A stretch of 64,000 bases of DNA from NCBI GenBank assembly GCA_013265495.1, contig MU057487.1, positions 558,001-622,000 of the forward strand, given 5' to 3'. This stretch comes from Vicugna vicugna (lineage: Eukaryota). A model generated the notes under the pieces. It was not told where the DNA came from. It was given only the letters and a program-made list of their open reading frames with translations, and did no database searches. How positions within the stretch are numbered: the first letter of the stretch is position 1; the number at the start of each line of letters is the position of its first letter. Made by a program: the position numbers and the translations under genes. Of the stretch, positions 12,765-26,673 are shown one piece after another.

Positions 12765-14075
12765 TTTAAATAAAATTTGTATTTTAGAATAGCTTTAAAT
12801 AAAAGTTGCAAAGATATATCAGGGAGTCCTCATATACCCTGCACTCACTTTCCCATCTCATAGCACTCTGCTATGTTTGCCACAATGAGCCAACATTTAT
12901 ACATTAACTAAACTGTACTTTTTCATATTTCATCAGTTTTCCTTTTTCTGTTCCAGGATCCCATCCAGAATATCACGTCATATTTATTTTTCTTGTCTCT
13001 TTGGCTCTTCTCAGCTGTGGCACTTCTCAGACTTCCCTTGTTTTTGATGACCTTGACAGTTTTTAGGAGTACTGGTCAGGTACTTTTTTCAAATGCTTCT
13101 AAGTTTGAGCTTGTATTTCTCATGGTCAGACTGAGATTATGGGCTTTGGGAGGAAGACCACAGGGGTGAAGTGTCTTCCTCAACACAAGAGTACATCCTA
13201 TCAATTTATCACTCATGATGTTAACATTGATTACCTGGCTAATGCAGCATTTACTGGGTTTCTGTTTCTATATCCTTTTTTTGGTACTCTACTCTTTGAA
13301 AGCAATTCACTAAACGTATCCCACACTTAAGGGGTGGGAAATTGTGCTCTACCTTCTTGAGGGCATAGTATCTATATAAATTGTTTGGATTTCTTCTGTA
13401 CAGGAGATTTGTCTCTCCCCCATTTATTTATATCAGTTTGGACTCGATACTATTTATATTTTATACTTTGGTTTATAATGCAATGCTATATTACTTATTT
13501 TCTTGCTCAAATGGTCTCAAATTTGGCTATTGGGGGGGTCTTTCAGTGACTCTTGTGTTCTTTTGACATATCTCTATTTCATTTTTTAGGCACCTCCTTA
13601 TTTTCTGGTACTTCCAGCTTATCTTTTATACATCCTGCCCCAGCCCTACAATTGGTTATTTCTCCAAAAGCATCCTGATCTCTTTTATTAGGAATGCTGT
13701 TAAAATCCAAGATCTGGGCACTGGGTATGCTTGTTGCTATTAGAGTGTTGTTGCTTCAGTGGACAAAATATATACCAGTCCACATAGAAACATACATGTG
13801 TGGTTATTTCTCTATTAATTCATCAGTACATGTATTAAGCTAAATTTAAATTTATATTGATGTCTTTACCTCAATTCCAGTACCTGGTTTCTTCGAGCTT
13901 TTTCCCTTTGCTTTTCAGTAACCTTCCCCACTCCAACTGTGATAACCTCGGCTTCCGTCATTTGTCATCCACTTAGTCACTTGTTTTTTCAACTTTGATA
14001 TATATGTGTACAGCTATTTTAGAATTGTTAATCCATACCCCATAATAAATAACGACCAACTGGAATATAGTGCTT
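12765..14075 (-). mobile_element. Old LINE-1 3' region (L1MC/L1MD-like)
   Basis: aaaagttgcaaagata...catataccctgcactca...ttttctgttccaggatcccatccagaatatcac...gatgaccttgacagtttttaggagtactggtcagg...ccaagatctgggcactgggtatgct are characteristic of reverse-complement L1MC 3' UTRs. Confidence 0.75.
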
Positions 14076-16944
14076 CTATTCCACTCCTGAATATAATGCT
14101 AATAGAGTTGTATCAGCCCTGTGACCTCTCAAGACAGCCCTTCTTATGGAATCTATATTTGGCATTCTTGTTTCTGTAAATTTACCCTTCACAACCTGAG
14201 CAGAGTGGTAGACATATTTATATAAAGTCTGAGTTTACATAAGTCAGATTTAGATAAAGTCTGAACCCTGTGTTTGTTTCAGCGCAGACCCTGCTAAGAG
14301 TCTGTATGTACTTGACAACGTTAATCTTAGGAGCTACTCTTTTAATTTCTGTGACAGATATTGACTAAAGTCTCACAAGCTCTTATTCTCATTAGGCCTT
14401 TAGGAATTCCAATTTGATTCTTTCAAAAGATGCTGTTGAGAGACGCCACATAAAAGGCAATGTGTCATTCAAGAAATCCCAACAATTGCAACGTTGGGAC
14501 AGATAGTGTTTTAGTCCAGGTGGGCTGTTAAGTCTACATAAAATATCAGTGTAAAACCTCAACTAACGGTGCCCCAGGGAAATGAACCACACATGAAAAT
14601 CCACAGTATATCTCATTCTTAGGTGATGCTAGCAGGGTAATAAACCTTGTGGCCTATATTTAACCCCCAGAATCTATGCAGAACATGGAAGCTTCAGTTC
14701 CAAGCTCCTGCTTTACCACTTGGCATATGAATTCCAGGAAAAAGGCTGAAGAATATGCTATCCTTTAAAATGTTCCAAAGTGCTTTTTATATACAGCATT
14801 TTGCCAAGTTATAAATACTATATTGTATTAACCAGAAAGTCAATCATAAAAGGGGATTTACAATGCTAACTCCATACATCATTTAAGGCTTGTTTTTGTA
14901 ATCAACAAGACCCTATATTGATTACCAGGAGATGTTATGTTAGATTCTAATAGGTCAGAGATAGAGTTTTCACAAATAGTTCCTTTATTTCTGGAAAATC
15001 CACTCTGACCCACCAGCTCAAGGTAAACACTGAAACGTGAAGCTAGAGATACAAAAAAAGGACAAACCATTGGCAAGAACTCAAAATTGGACCATAATAG
15101 CATTAAACCATGGAACTCCCTTTATGTGTAAAAGGAAGCATGTTTTCTATCACCCACAATAAGTAGAAATGGTGCTATGAGCATGGATGTGACTCCTTAG
15201 AGTTTGGAAGAAGCCAAGATGAATAAGCTTGGCAAGGATCCTAACCCAGCAGGTCGTTGAAAAAGAAGTTGGTTCCTGATGAATTTTAACGGCACCCTAA
15301 CTTCCCACACTGGCTGAAGCATCCAGCTCTCTATAACATACGCCATCTCTATGATTACCTGCCAAATGCTCACTGCAGACCTGCAAAGATTAGTTGCTCC
15401 AGAGGGAGTGGTTTATAACTCCATGACACTGTTTTGTGCCAGATCAATAAAGACAAAGGCACATGACAAGCTGCCCTTATTTTCTGTCCGTACAGACACA
15501 AAGGACCCTGCAGTTCCACCGAATGCTGCTGACTGGTCCTCAGCATCACTTAGACACCCCAGGGATTGTCCTCATTTGTTTTTCACATAACACTATAATT
15601 TTCTGAAATATGAATTAGCTGCAATGCAATTGTATTTTCAGGGAATTGAAGGCTTCCCATACATTATCATCAATTTGCAGGGAGCTTGCTCTTCCTGTGT
15701 CATACAATGGGGGATTTCTCTATTAACAATAGATTATAATGACGTAGTTAGAAAAACGTCTGTATTGTTCACATATGTTAAAACCAGGTGGTTTTAAGCA
15801 ATAGAAATTCAGCTAATAATAATTGTGATGATAAAACAGGCTCAAGTAAATGATCCTTCCTTTCTTCTTTTCCATCCTACATAGAAGTTAATTTACATTT
15901 TAATAAACTGAATAGAAAATAATGGAAGGGTCACATTTTTCTGTGATGTGAGCAGAGAGTACTTTTTAGGGAAAGAGGAAAATATGGAGTCAGAGGAAAC
16001 AAAAAATTCAAAGATTCTAGTCTAGAGCATGAACAAGGCTAGACTATTGTGAATCTTATCACAAATTCTCCCTGGGAAAAGATAAAGAAAATTTAACAGT
16101 CCAGGACTTCAAGAAAAATTGAGGGCACTTTAGTCCTATGAGGTCATTATTTTAAAAATGACCTGATTAATCTTCCCTCAATTAATCTAATACTCGGGTC
16201 ATTTAAAGGAACATGAGTTTCATTTTCTTTGCTTGGTATGTTAACAATATAAAATAATTACAATTCTTTCTGTTTCACTCTGAATTAGATTGTATCAAAT
16301 TATGTATTGAGTATAAAATGCTGTCAGATAAAAAAGGCAGTGGAGAGCTAAAGCTAAGAAATCAGAAGAATGTTTTCTCCAGGGACAGTTATGTTTTCTG
16401 ATGTTTCCCAAAACATTTCCTTGTTTTATGATGAGATAGAAGAATACTTGTCTTGTTTCTTGCTATTTTGAATTTAATACTGAGGGTGTAGATTTGAAAA
16501 GACGGCATCACTAGACCCACATGCGTAGTGGTAGGTTAGCACTAATGAAGTAGAACAGGCATCAACAAAAGTACTCTCCTGGGGTTCAACATTCTTTCAG
16601 CTTATTTTCTATATTTTTCCACTTTGGACTTTCAAACTGAGGTGATATTACTAAAAACTCAGAAAAATAAACATCAGACTGATTGTTTTTGCTAGCCAGT
16701 GTCTCACCGTCTGTTATAGGACTGTTCCAGCAGGTGGGCAGGGCTGCTGTTGCATGCATAGCCCACTTGGCAGGGACCAGGTCCAGCCCTGGAACCCACT
16801 GCCTCTGTCCTTGGTAGCTGCGTGACTTTGAATTCAGAATCTCTGGGACATCAGTGGGACAGCCAATGTACTTCTTTCCCAAGTTTGAATCCAGCTAAGG
16901 AGTAGACTCAGAAGTGAAACAGATGGAGATAAAATATGTTTTAT

Positions 16945-17350
16945 TAATAATATGATTGCATACATAGAACATTCAAAAGAATTTATAAAAAATTAGAATC
17001 AATAAGTAAATTTAGCAAGCTTGCAGGATACAGGGCCAAAATAAAAATATCAATAGTATTTCTCTATTCTGGAAATGAATATTTTAAAAATATTTTCAAG
17101 GATGTCAATTGTAGTAGTAGCATAAAAATCAAACACCTACAATCTGCACACTAAAAAATTACAGAACATTGCTGGGGTAAATTAAGGAAGCTCTAAATAA
17201 AGGGAAGCCTCTGGAAATGCTCCATATCATGATCTGGAGAGCAGTTACATGGGTATGTACATATGTAAACATTTATTGAACTGTAAAGATTTCTGCACCA
17301 TATGTGAGTTAAAACATTAAAAATAAACTTTTAAAAGTTAACAACAACAA
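16945..17350 (+). mobile_element. Old LINE-1 fragments (ORF2 piece joined to a 3' end)
   Basis: atgattgcatacatagaa...taagtaaatttagcaagcttgcaggatacag (ORF2 RT region), then gatctgg...gttacatgggtatgtacatatgtaaacatttattgaactgta and an A-rich tail. Confidence 0.65.
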
Positions 17351-17689
17351 AAAACTGGATTAAGGACGTGGATCAGATGTGTGGCCACAATAGACTTTTA
17401 CATACTAGACACACAATACTGGCCCACAAGCACAGCTAGACAGCTACAGCCCACATTTACCAAAAGCTGGAGAACCAACCAGAACTTTGAGAACTGACAA
17501 GTGCCAGACTCCAGATGAGAGGGAAAGAGGCTAAGCTGAACACTCCAAGTTTCTTTTTCTCAATCCCCCCAGTAAAATGCATCACTCTTCTCTTTCCATT
17601 AGGTAAGACAAGAGGCCTGGGGTGTTATTTAATAGGAGTCTCTTCACAAAGAAGCAACTGAAAGGAAAGGAGGGCATGTCTCCCCAATC

Positions 17690-17815
17690 GTGACTTCACT
17701 TCTCTGTGCTTTAGTCTTCGTGCTTGTAAAGTGGTAATAATAGAACTGATCTCACACAGTTTTGCAAGGATTGGGGAGAAAAAAACAATATATGTGAATG
17801 ACTTTGCTAAGTACC
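17690..17815 (+). mobile_element. MIR fragment
   Basis: cttctctgtgctttagtcttc...tgtaaagtggtaataatag...tctcacacagttttgcaaggatt. Confidence 0.6.
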
Positions 17816-17849
17816 GATAAATGTGGAATTGAAGAAGCAAAGCATGGAC

Positions 17850-18050
17850 ACTTTAGAGAGGGAAGAGATCTTCAGAAGGATAATCTGATCCACTTCTGGT
17901 ATTTTTTAGATTAGGAAACGGAGGCTCAGGGAGGTCTAGACCTGGTCCAAGCTCCACAGCTCCCTGGAAGTGCACTGTTGATTGTTATAGCGGAACTGCC
18001 TCCAGGTCCCAGGAGTTCAGGTGCCTAGTCCCGAGGTCTTTCTGCTGGAC
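17850..18050 (-). mobile_element. MIR fragment
   Basis: attttttagattaggaaacggaggctcagggagg...cctggtccaagctccacagc is the reverse MIR core. Confidence 0.6.
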
Positions 18051-20974
18051 CATTCTGCCGAGTAGCCATCCTAAGTGGCAGCAGGTAGACTTGCCAACCC
18101 TTCTCCCAACCACCATGGAGTTCCTGTTTTCAGTAGGTACACGCTATGTTTCTACCCCGTGGAGCCTCTGTGGGCTGCTGCACTCAGGCAGCAATTTATA
18201 GCCCTTGTTGTGCTTTTACAATAAGAACAAGATTACTGTTTAGAATCAAGGTAGCTATTTTCACAATCCACTGCGAAGCAGTTAGGCAGGTATTCTTTTG
18301 AAGGTAAATAAACACAGTCAACGCAATTATTTGATTCCATTTAGTATATTAGAAAAGGTAATGGGTTAATGATACCCTAATGGCCCATAACAGTTAATGC
18401 ACCACAAAAAGAATGAATCATAAATCCCCTTCTCACTAATAACTCCGTGACTAGTGTTATAAACAAGCACTAAGCCCTAAGGAATCAGTGTTTTCACCTG
18501 CCTACCAAGTGACAATATCATTAGTTTGGATTCTCTATTCACTGGTCACGAAAATATAGGATCTTTGGGGAACAGGAAAACCTGTAATGTATTCTGTTTG
18601 TTTGATGTTAGATCTTTGCAACCTCACCTGGGAGAGTTGTTATGGCAAAGAAGATGGTCCTGTAAAATCCGGGTGACTTTCTAACCGTGTGCTAGTTCAT
18701 CCTGAGCTGGGGTAGTAGCTGAAGAGAGAGTTCTTACTGATGGCAGGTAGCACCGCTTCCTGTGCAGACCCAGCGGACTGGCAGGGTAGGGAAGGACATG
18801 TACCAGTTCAGACTGACACAAACACACAAGCTGTTTGTGTTTCTTTTGGAAAGGGATTTGACTTATACTTTGCCCTGAAAACACACGCCTCGCCTCTTGG
18901 TTCTTTCCCTCTATGGTAAATACTGACAGGACGGGCTTCTTTGTCATAATTTTGGGTTAATAGATTGGGAGCCAGTAATTCTAGTCAGAGAAAGAGCTGT
19001 GCACACATGGGATAATCCCAGGAGGATGCCCAGAAAAGCCTGACAATGATACTGGTGCACAGCAGGGTGCCTTGTCCTCAGTCAACTGGCTCCTCTGTAG
19101 ATTTCTGTATCTGCACCCACGTTTCCCCTGAGTTACCGAAAGAACAACTTATCTATCTAGGGACCATTTTGATACCATTGCTCTTTCCTCACTTATAAAT
19201 GGTGAGATCAATATCTATTCGGCAGGATTTTCATGAGCTCATTATTTGAGTTTTGAATGTAATAAACACAAAACTTCATAGGCATTTTTATTATTAATGT
19301 GTGTATCTCCCATTAAAATTAGATAAATGTAAAATTAGTTTAAAATAAGAATAGTCCACTAGTTATTTATTATATATGTATACATAAATGCACATATATT
19401 TACATGTGTTGTTTTATATGTATATATCCCATAATAACATCAGTAAGTAGATACAGTTAGAGGTCAGCACGGCTTAAGGAATGTGTCACTGACCAATTTG
19501 CTTTGTTTACACTTGTGTTTATGGAATAATTATTGCTCACTTTACTCACAAAAGTAACCTAATTTGGACAGTAAGTTATGTAACAGCCCTAGCTAAGGAT
19601 TAAACAGAAATCTTTGATCTCAGAAAAATCTAAGACCAGTTATAGTCCCAATGCCGATGAGTCAGGCATCCACTAGACAACCTGGCTTAAGAAATTTGTA
19701 TTGGAGACACTAACATTTTTTTTAATATATAATACATCTTCAATAGCAGTTGCCAAAACAAAGACAAAAACAACAAACTCAGCAGTCATGAGATTTGTCC
19801 CTAAAAGGGAACTTTGCACTTGGTGGGGAACATTATGTGTTTATTCTCATGTTTTCTTACAGTTTGCTCCTGGGGTTGACATTAATAGCTGCAAGTTCGC
19901 GTGGATGGCTTTCGTATTGACTAGAGCCCTTTAAGTAGCTGCTGCATTAAAGGTTATTCTGCTATTCAGTTTTTGTCAATTGTTTCTCCTTTTCTTTAAC
20001 TCCTGGTAATTTCTCTAGTTCTCACAGCTTTAACATTTAGCTCCAGCACTTGGAGATTTCAGGCAGTTTTTAAAGGCTCATTTAAAACTTATCAGACAGA
20101 TGGCATAAATTTATCTCTTTTATATCCTAATGTGAAAAAGAGGGAAAGCAAACTAACATTAAGACCTAGGGATTCCATATGACAAACATAAATTACCTTA
20201 TTTTGATGACTTCTCAATTTTTGCAAGGAGGATATTTGCTTTCTGCCTTATATAACTTTTCTGTACTTATTCTGTGCAGTTTGATTTTAAAATGTCTTTT
20301 CTGCCTCTCTTACTTCTGTTTCCTCTCAGAAAGTGTTCTTTCAGTTAGGAAAATATTACTTTAGCAAAACAGCCTTTTAACAGTCTCCTTTTAAGCAGCA
20401 CTGGAAGATGAGTTTTTCCCCCCTTCAATGTGGCCTGAGCATTTTGTATTCACTCTTAGGGTAGATGTACATGTATCTTTTTTTTTTTTAACATTTTCAA
20501 CTGTACCTAAATAGATTAACCTTAAATAGAACTCTTTAGAACTGTCTTATTTCATCTCAAGCTCAACATCAAAGTCAAAATTCTTTACCATTTCTTCTAA
20601 ACACTTCAAGCTCTCTAACTTCCTAAAATACTCTCTGCTATTTTCCAGCCCAGGAGCCTTGGGGTCCAGTGACCCATTTAGGCTGTCACCTGTGGCATAG
20701 GTAGAAATGATGGCAGAATTTTTGAAGTTCACAGGTAAAAGCTATAGGTTAAAATTAAATGTGCAGTATGACTCTTACATTAAGAAACATTTTATTTGAA
20801 TTTCTAATACTATATCTGATTCAGATATTTCTGTTCTGCCAACCATATATAAGGAGAAATTTCATACTACCTAGTTTGTCTTCTTACTCTAGGTTTTTGT
20901 GGCCCTAGAGATGATAAAATTAGTGGAGACATCAAAAGAAAATATTGAGGTTTAGATAATGCACAAACTGATTT

Positions 20975-21613
20975 ACTATGGATTGTGGATTGTCACAGAG
21001 GATATTAAAAATGGTTTTTTTTTTTGAGTACTGTGACATAGGGAGACTTTTTTAATATAAGTCTCTGTGAACCGAGAGGGAATAAGAGTTATTTTCATTG
21101 CTCCTTAAGGATTTCATTGCAATATGTGAAAGTTCTTTATTTGCACCTCTATGGCATTTGCTTTGCATGTTATAAAGCCGTTATTGAATTCAGAAAATAA
21201 AATGGAATAAACTATTTGCAGTAGAATACACTAGAGCTAGTCACAAATATAAAGCTTGAACAGGTAGGTTTGGCTTCCCCTTCCTCTGAGAGCACTATGG
21301 ATTGTGGATTGTCACAGAGGATATTAAAAATGGTTTTTTTTTTTTGAGTACTGTGATATAGGGAGACTTTTTTAATATAAGTCTCTGTGAACCGAGAGGG
21401 AATAAGAGTTATTTTCATTGCTCCTTAAGGATTTCATTGCAATATGTGAAAGTTCTTTATTTGCACCTCTATGGCATTTGCTTTGCATGTTATAAAGCCG
21501 TTATTGAATTCAGAAAATAAAATGGAATAAACTATTTGCAGTAGAATACACTAGAGCTAGTCACAAATATAAAGCTTGAACAGGTAGGTTTGGCTTCCCC
21601 TTCCTCTGAGAGC
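20975..21613. repeat. Near-perfect head-to-tail tandem duplication (20975-21293, 319 bp; 21294-21613, 320 bp)
   Basis: Both copies run actatggattgtgg...ttcctctgagagc. They differ only by T11 versus T12 and C21037 versus T21357. Confidence 0.97.
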
Positions 21614-21636
21614 CCTGAAAATCGTTTGAGAATTAA

Positions 21637-21942
<306 letters not shown>

Positions 21943-22879
21943 TAAAGCAGTCTTTTCTGTAATGGATCCAAATAACCTTGTTATCCTCCCTGAGCCAGGC
22001 AGGTGGATGCTCTGGCTCCCTTTGGTTCCATGGTTTCTAGGCACCACAAGGATAGATACAGCTGGACAGCTGAAAGGACAGGGCTAATGTCAGATGGAAA
22101 TTACATTATAAAGCATTGAAAAACTTACCGGTGAATACGCACTCTCCTGCATCCTGCCAGTGCCACCACCCCCTACCCAGCAATCCTCCCTGCTCTCCCC
22201 TCAGCATGCCTGTGACCCCCCTGCAAAGCCAAGAAACTTAAGAGATTATGTCAGATCAGCAGAGCCCCCCGGCACTGCTGACACCAGGCCAGCATCTTCC
22301 TGATGGATTGGTCTCAATGCCATACTGGTCGTGGAATATTTTAATAACACACTTGCTTACTGAGCTTAATACGTGAAGAAGCCAAGTCCCACTAGGCACC
22401 CCCTTCCTCAGGCTAACTCATGTTCCTGCTAACACGTCTCGTGGAACAAGAAAGGAAAGAATTTTCCGTCCGGCATCGCTTTCGAGTCTCTGTGGCTTCC
22501 AAAGAATTAATCAAGAAGCAAAGAAGAATTAAATCTAACTAACTATGCATTTTCCCCAAGTTACTTTATATACAGTGTTTTCTGCAGCACTTGTTTTCGT
22601 AACTCCAGTCAGAGCTTGTGTACTTGGTACATGGAGAATGGGATCAGTGTGAAGAGTAGTTGTGTTCATTCATGGGGATTTTCCAAGGCAAGGGATAATC
22701 AAAATAGTGGGGTAAAAATTCAGACCTGCAACAGGAAAGAAAAAAAGGCACTCAGTTTGGCTGCTGCAGTTTGCCCACAGTCTTGGTTTTTTTTTTTTTC
22801 ATAGGCCCTGTTATCTTTTAGTACATGATTTTGCAGAATGAGAGTTTAGAAAAGCATATGTTGTGATCAAATGGAACAT

Positions 22880-23050
22880 CCAATCATTTAATTCTCATTT
22901 CTATAGGCATATTATTATCCTCTTTTAAAGATGATAAAACTGAATGTCAGAGAAACTGAGAAACTCATCTAAAGTCACTCAGAGAGTAGCTGGTAGAGGC
23001 AGTATGGTCTCAATCGGAGGCTTGTAATCTTTTTGCCACAACACGCTGCC
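22880..23050 (-). mobile_element. MIR fragment
   Basis: catttaattctca...tattattatcctcttttaaagatgataaaactga...aaagtcactcag. Confidence 0.6.
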
Positions 23051-25973
23051 TTTTAGCTAATCCTAAAATTAGGCAAAGTTGCTGGCAACCTTCTTAATGG
23101 CATTTCGAAAGTACTGTAATAGACTATTTGACCCTAAAAACTTACCCACGTATCTCTTTCTTTCACATAAACTTAAAGTTCTATGTTTAGAGAGTGCCTT
23201 GTGGGGCCCGAGTGGCTTCTCCCTGTTAAAATCCAGCAGCTCAAGGAAGGATAAATGATAAAAGTGATTGTCAGAAGTTAAAGCGACGATTTTATCAGAT
23301 TCCTTCCAAACTACCAGTTAGGTAGGAGCAGCTTTAGATGAAAATGAGAGAGGGAAGGATGGAATGATGCCAGACCTGGGCATGTGGGAAGCTCCAGGTG
23401 CTAAGCACCTTAGGAAATGGCACCAGAAGGAAGAAGTAGGTCTAAGATTCAGAACACTGACCACCTCCTACAACCCACTTTTAAACTCATGGTTGTTATC
23501 CTGGGTTCCGCTGGAAACCAGGCTGAGTAAAGGATTAGATTTGGAATGGAACCTTCCTTCCTTCATGATTCTGTGCAATAAAACACACAATGTGCCCAGG
23601 ACAGGGCCAGATGCATTTCCCACACTCTGTAGGTGTGGGTTTCCTCCCCTTCTCTCTATTTGTAAATTATCCAAAATACAGGCACACAAATTTAGCTGGT
23701 TTCTCCTCCATCTTTTATTGCATGTTTAAAACATGAGCTTTCCCGTGGGTCCCTCTTCAAGGATCATTTCCTCACGCTTGAAGTTGGTCAGCTCAATCTG
23801 TGTTCAGTTTCTATTCCAAGCACTTTCTACTGTCCTGTCATACCACCATTCATGCTTTTGGTCCCTCTTGTAACTATTTTAGTTAATAATCATGCTACAT
23901 AAACTGAATGCATCAAGAGGATGCTGTAAAGTTGCAATTTACACATAAGGATACTCCAAATAACCGCCAACATGTCAGGAAGAGACTCTGGGTTCAAGAG
24001 AAAAGAGCAGTGATCACTAAAACACACAGCGAAGGAGAAGACCTCTTTTTAGCAAGTCAGTGTTTTTCCCTTGGTACCTTCAAGCATTTTTCCCTCCAGC
24101 TCTTGGAGCTTTTTAGAACTGTGTTTTTATACCAAAATATTGTGAATTTTTCAGTTTCTAAATGTTAATGAAGTGTGAACTGATTTCTCCTATTGAAATG
24201 AGGAAGTTGAAATAAAAGTCTTAGGAAACCGATTTATAGGAACAAGATATCCTAAAGCTAGCGTTACACTTAAGACTTTGTTGAAAGTATATAAAGAGAC
24301 TTAACCATGTAATATGGAATGAAACAGAAAGATTAGAGGAAATGAAAAAGGAAACCACTCACTCACAGCAGGCTCTATAACCATAATGAGTTTAAACTGG
24401 AAAAATATTGAAGGTGTAGATTAGTATCATTGATCAGTGGGATGAGTGTGAGCTGTCAGCCCGCAGTGAATACCCATGTGGTTATCACTTGGAGAGCTAC
24501 TCCAAGAACAACCTGATATGTCTCAGCAACAGGAGGAATAAGAACCCTCTATTAACCAAAAATCAGAAAGCAGAGAGGTGAATAATGTGCTGCAAGTGTG
24601 CCATTCTCTCTTCTCACTCCAGGTAAGTTTTGATCACCCGGAAAAGTAGGAGAAAGCCTTCCTTTACTCTTGTAGAGTCCTCTTTCCCTTGAGGGGGCTA
24701 CTATTTATAGAAATGGCCAGAATCTGGATGTGGAGAAGCCACTAGCAACCCTGTGGGTGACAGAATGCATTTGCACATTAAGAACAAGCAGAAAAGCCAA
24801 TAAAAGATGTTAGTTGTCTAGATAAAGAACTAGGCCAGATATAGCCAATAGATTTCAGCTGCCATCTAAGGTTAGTTGGTAGTGTCTTCCTGGAGTGCTG
24901 GGCTGAGGACAATTCTGAGTCTGAATCAGGTTTAGAGGGATAAAATCCCAGGATGGATTGGGTAGAAGCATTGTAGGGAGAGGGAAGAGAGCTGTGTTAG
25001 TTAATTGCCATCTGTTTCTTTGGGTCAAGCGCAAAGAGCAAGAACTTGCCTCCTATATTCTAGGGCAGAAGGGTGAGAACCCTGCCCATGCTCTGCAGGA
25101 AAGAATCCCACTTTGCTGAGCCAGGAAAGGAGAATCGGGCATACATTTTGGGCCAATTGGCATGTAAGTTATAGTTTACTTGGAGTAAAGAGCAACGTGG
25201 AAAGAAGACTGAAGAATACCTGAGAATTTTCAATGACTGAGAGAGAAGTGGCTATGACAACACAAAGATGTTCTCATTTTCTTATAGCAGAGAAATACGG
25301 AGAGTATTTTAGCACAACAATAGGGCTACACGTATGAATGATGCAGTGGTATTGCCTTATGTGTGCATTTGTCTCGACTGTGAAACAGGTTTTTACATGC
25401 CTTATGTTCGTAAATCCCTGCAAGAACCCCGTGAGCCTTGAAGAGTTTAGCGACATTCCAAAGTAGTATAATCTACTGTTAAAATGTTAGCAAGGCGATT
25501 CCAGCTAACACATTCTAACGTCAAATCCTGCGTTTTTTTCCATTGAGTTGGAAAATGCTCTCCACTGCCAGCACAGAGGAATGATGAATCTGGCCCCCCA
25601 AACACACTCTGGCTAGAGTAAATATTTCTAAATGTCGATTTTACCGCCAGGTAGCCCCACAGCATTTGAAGTCACTGAAGTGACTGACACCGATGATTTG
25701 GATTCAGAAATGTTTCTCCTAATCAAGGGAGAGACCAGTTTAAATGTCAATGCTCAGGATGTTCAATTCCCAACTTCCTTGCTAATTAAAGACGCATTTA
25801 TCAGATTCCTTGCTCTATTAGCACCTAAAATAGGTACCAGACTTGGTAAAACTCACCTCTTTTAATCCAATGGGATGAAAATAGCAACTGAATGTGAAAA
25901 AGAAATTTGGAATAAAAGCAATCAAATTAAAAGTTAATGTTAGTAAGAACTGTTACTTGATCAAAGAATAACT

Positions 25974-26122
25974 ATATTCAATATCTTATGGTAATGTAGA
26001 ATGAAAAAGAATATGAAAAGGAATATATGTATGTGTATGTATGACTGAAACATTATTTACTGTACACCAGAAACTGACGTGACATTGTCAACTGCTAGAC
26101 TTCAATTAAAAAGTTTGAAACA
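25974..26122 (+). mobile_element. Short 5'-truncated lineage-specific L1 3' end (camelid-like)
   Basis: atattcaatatctt...aatgaaaaagaatatgaaaaggaatatatgtatg...tgactgaaacattat...ctgtacaccagaaactgac...ttcaattaaaaa; homologous to 60370-60507. Candidate TSD aaagaataact (25963-25973) / aaaggataact (26123-26133). Confidence 0.8.
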
Positions 26123-26376
26123 AAAGGATAACTTAGTGAATAATAATTCGAAGGAGATAATGATCAACTCAGCACATGTGGGATTACTTCTTTTGGAGAA
26201 TAAGCAGAGAGAAAAGTACAAGAATAATATATTCTTTAATATGGATGATATGCAAACAGAGACTGAAGAATGGAAAACATATTTTGGAAAATCAGAGGAT
26301 ACATAACTAAACTAATTAAACTGAAATAAATGAACACATTGACAGTAGCTGGTGTTAGGACATGGGGTGATTCTAA

Positions 26377-26673
<297 letters not shown>

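Noticed and set aside
16141..16164. Inverted repeat AGGTCATT-n8-AATGACCT (nuclear receptor half-sites)
   Set aside because: The 12-bp half-site spacing is not a standard element, and an 8-bp stem is plausible by chance in 64 kb.
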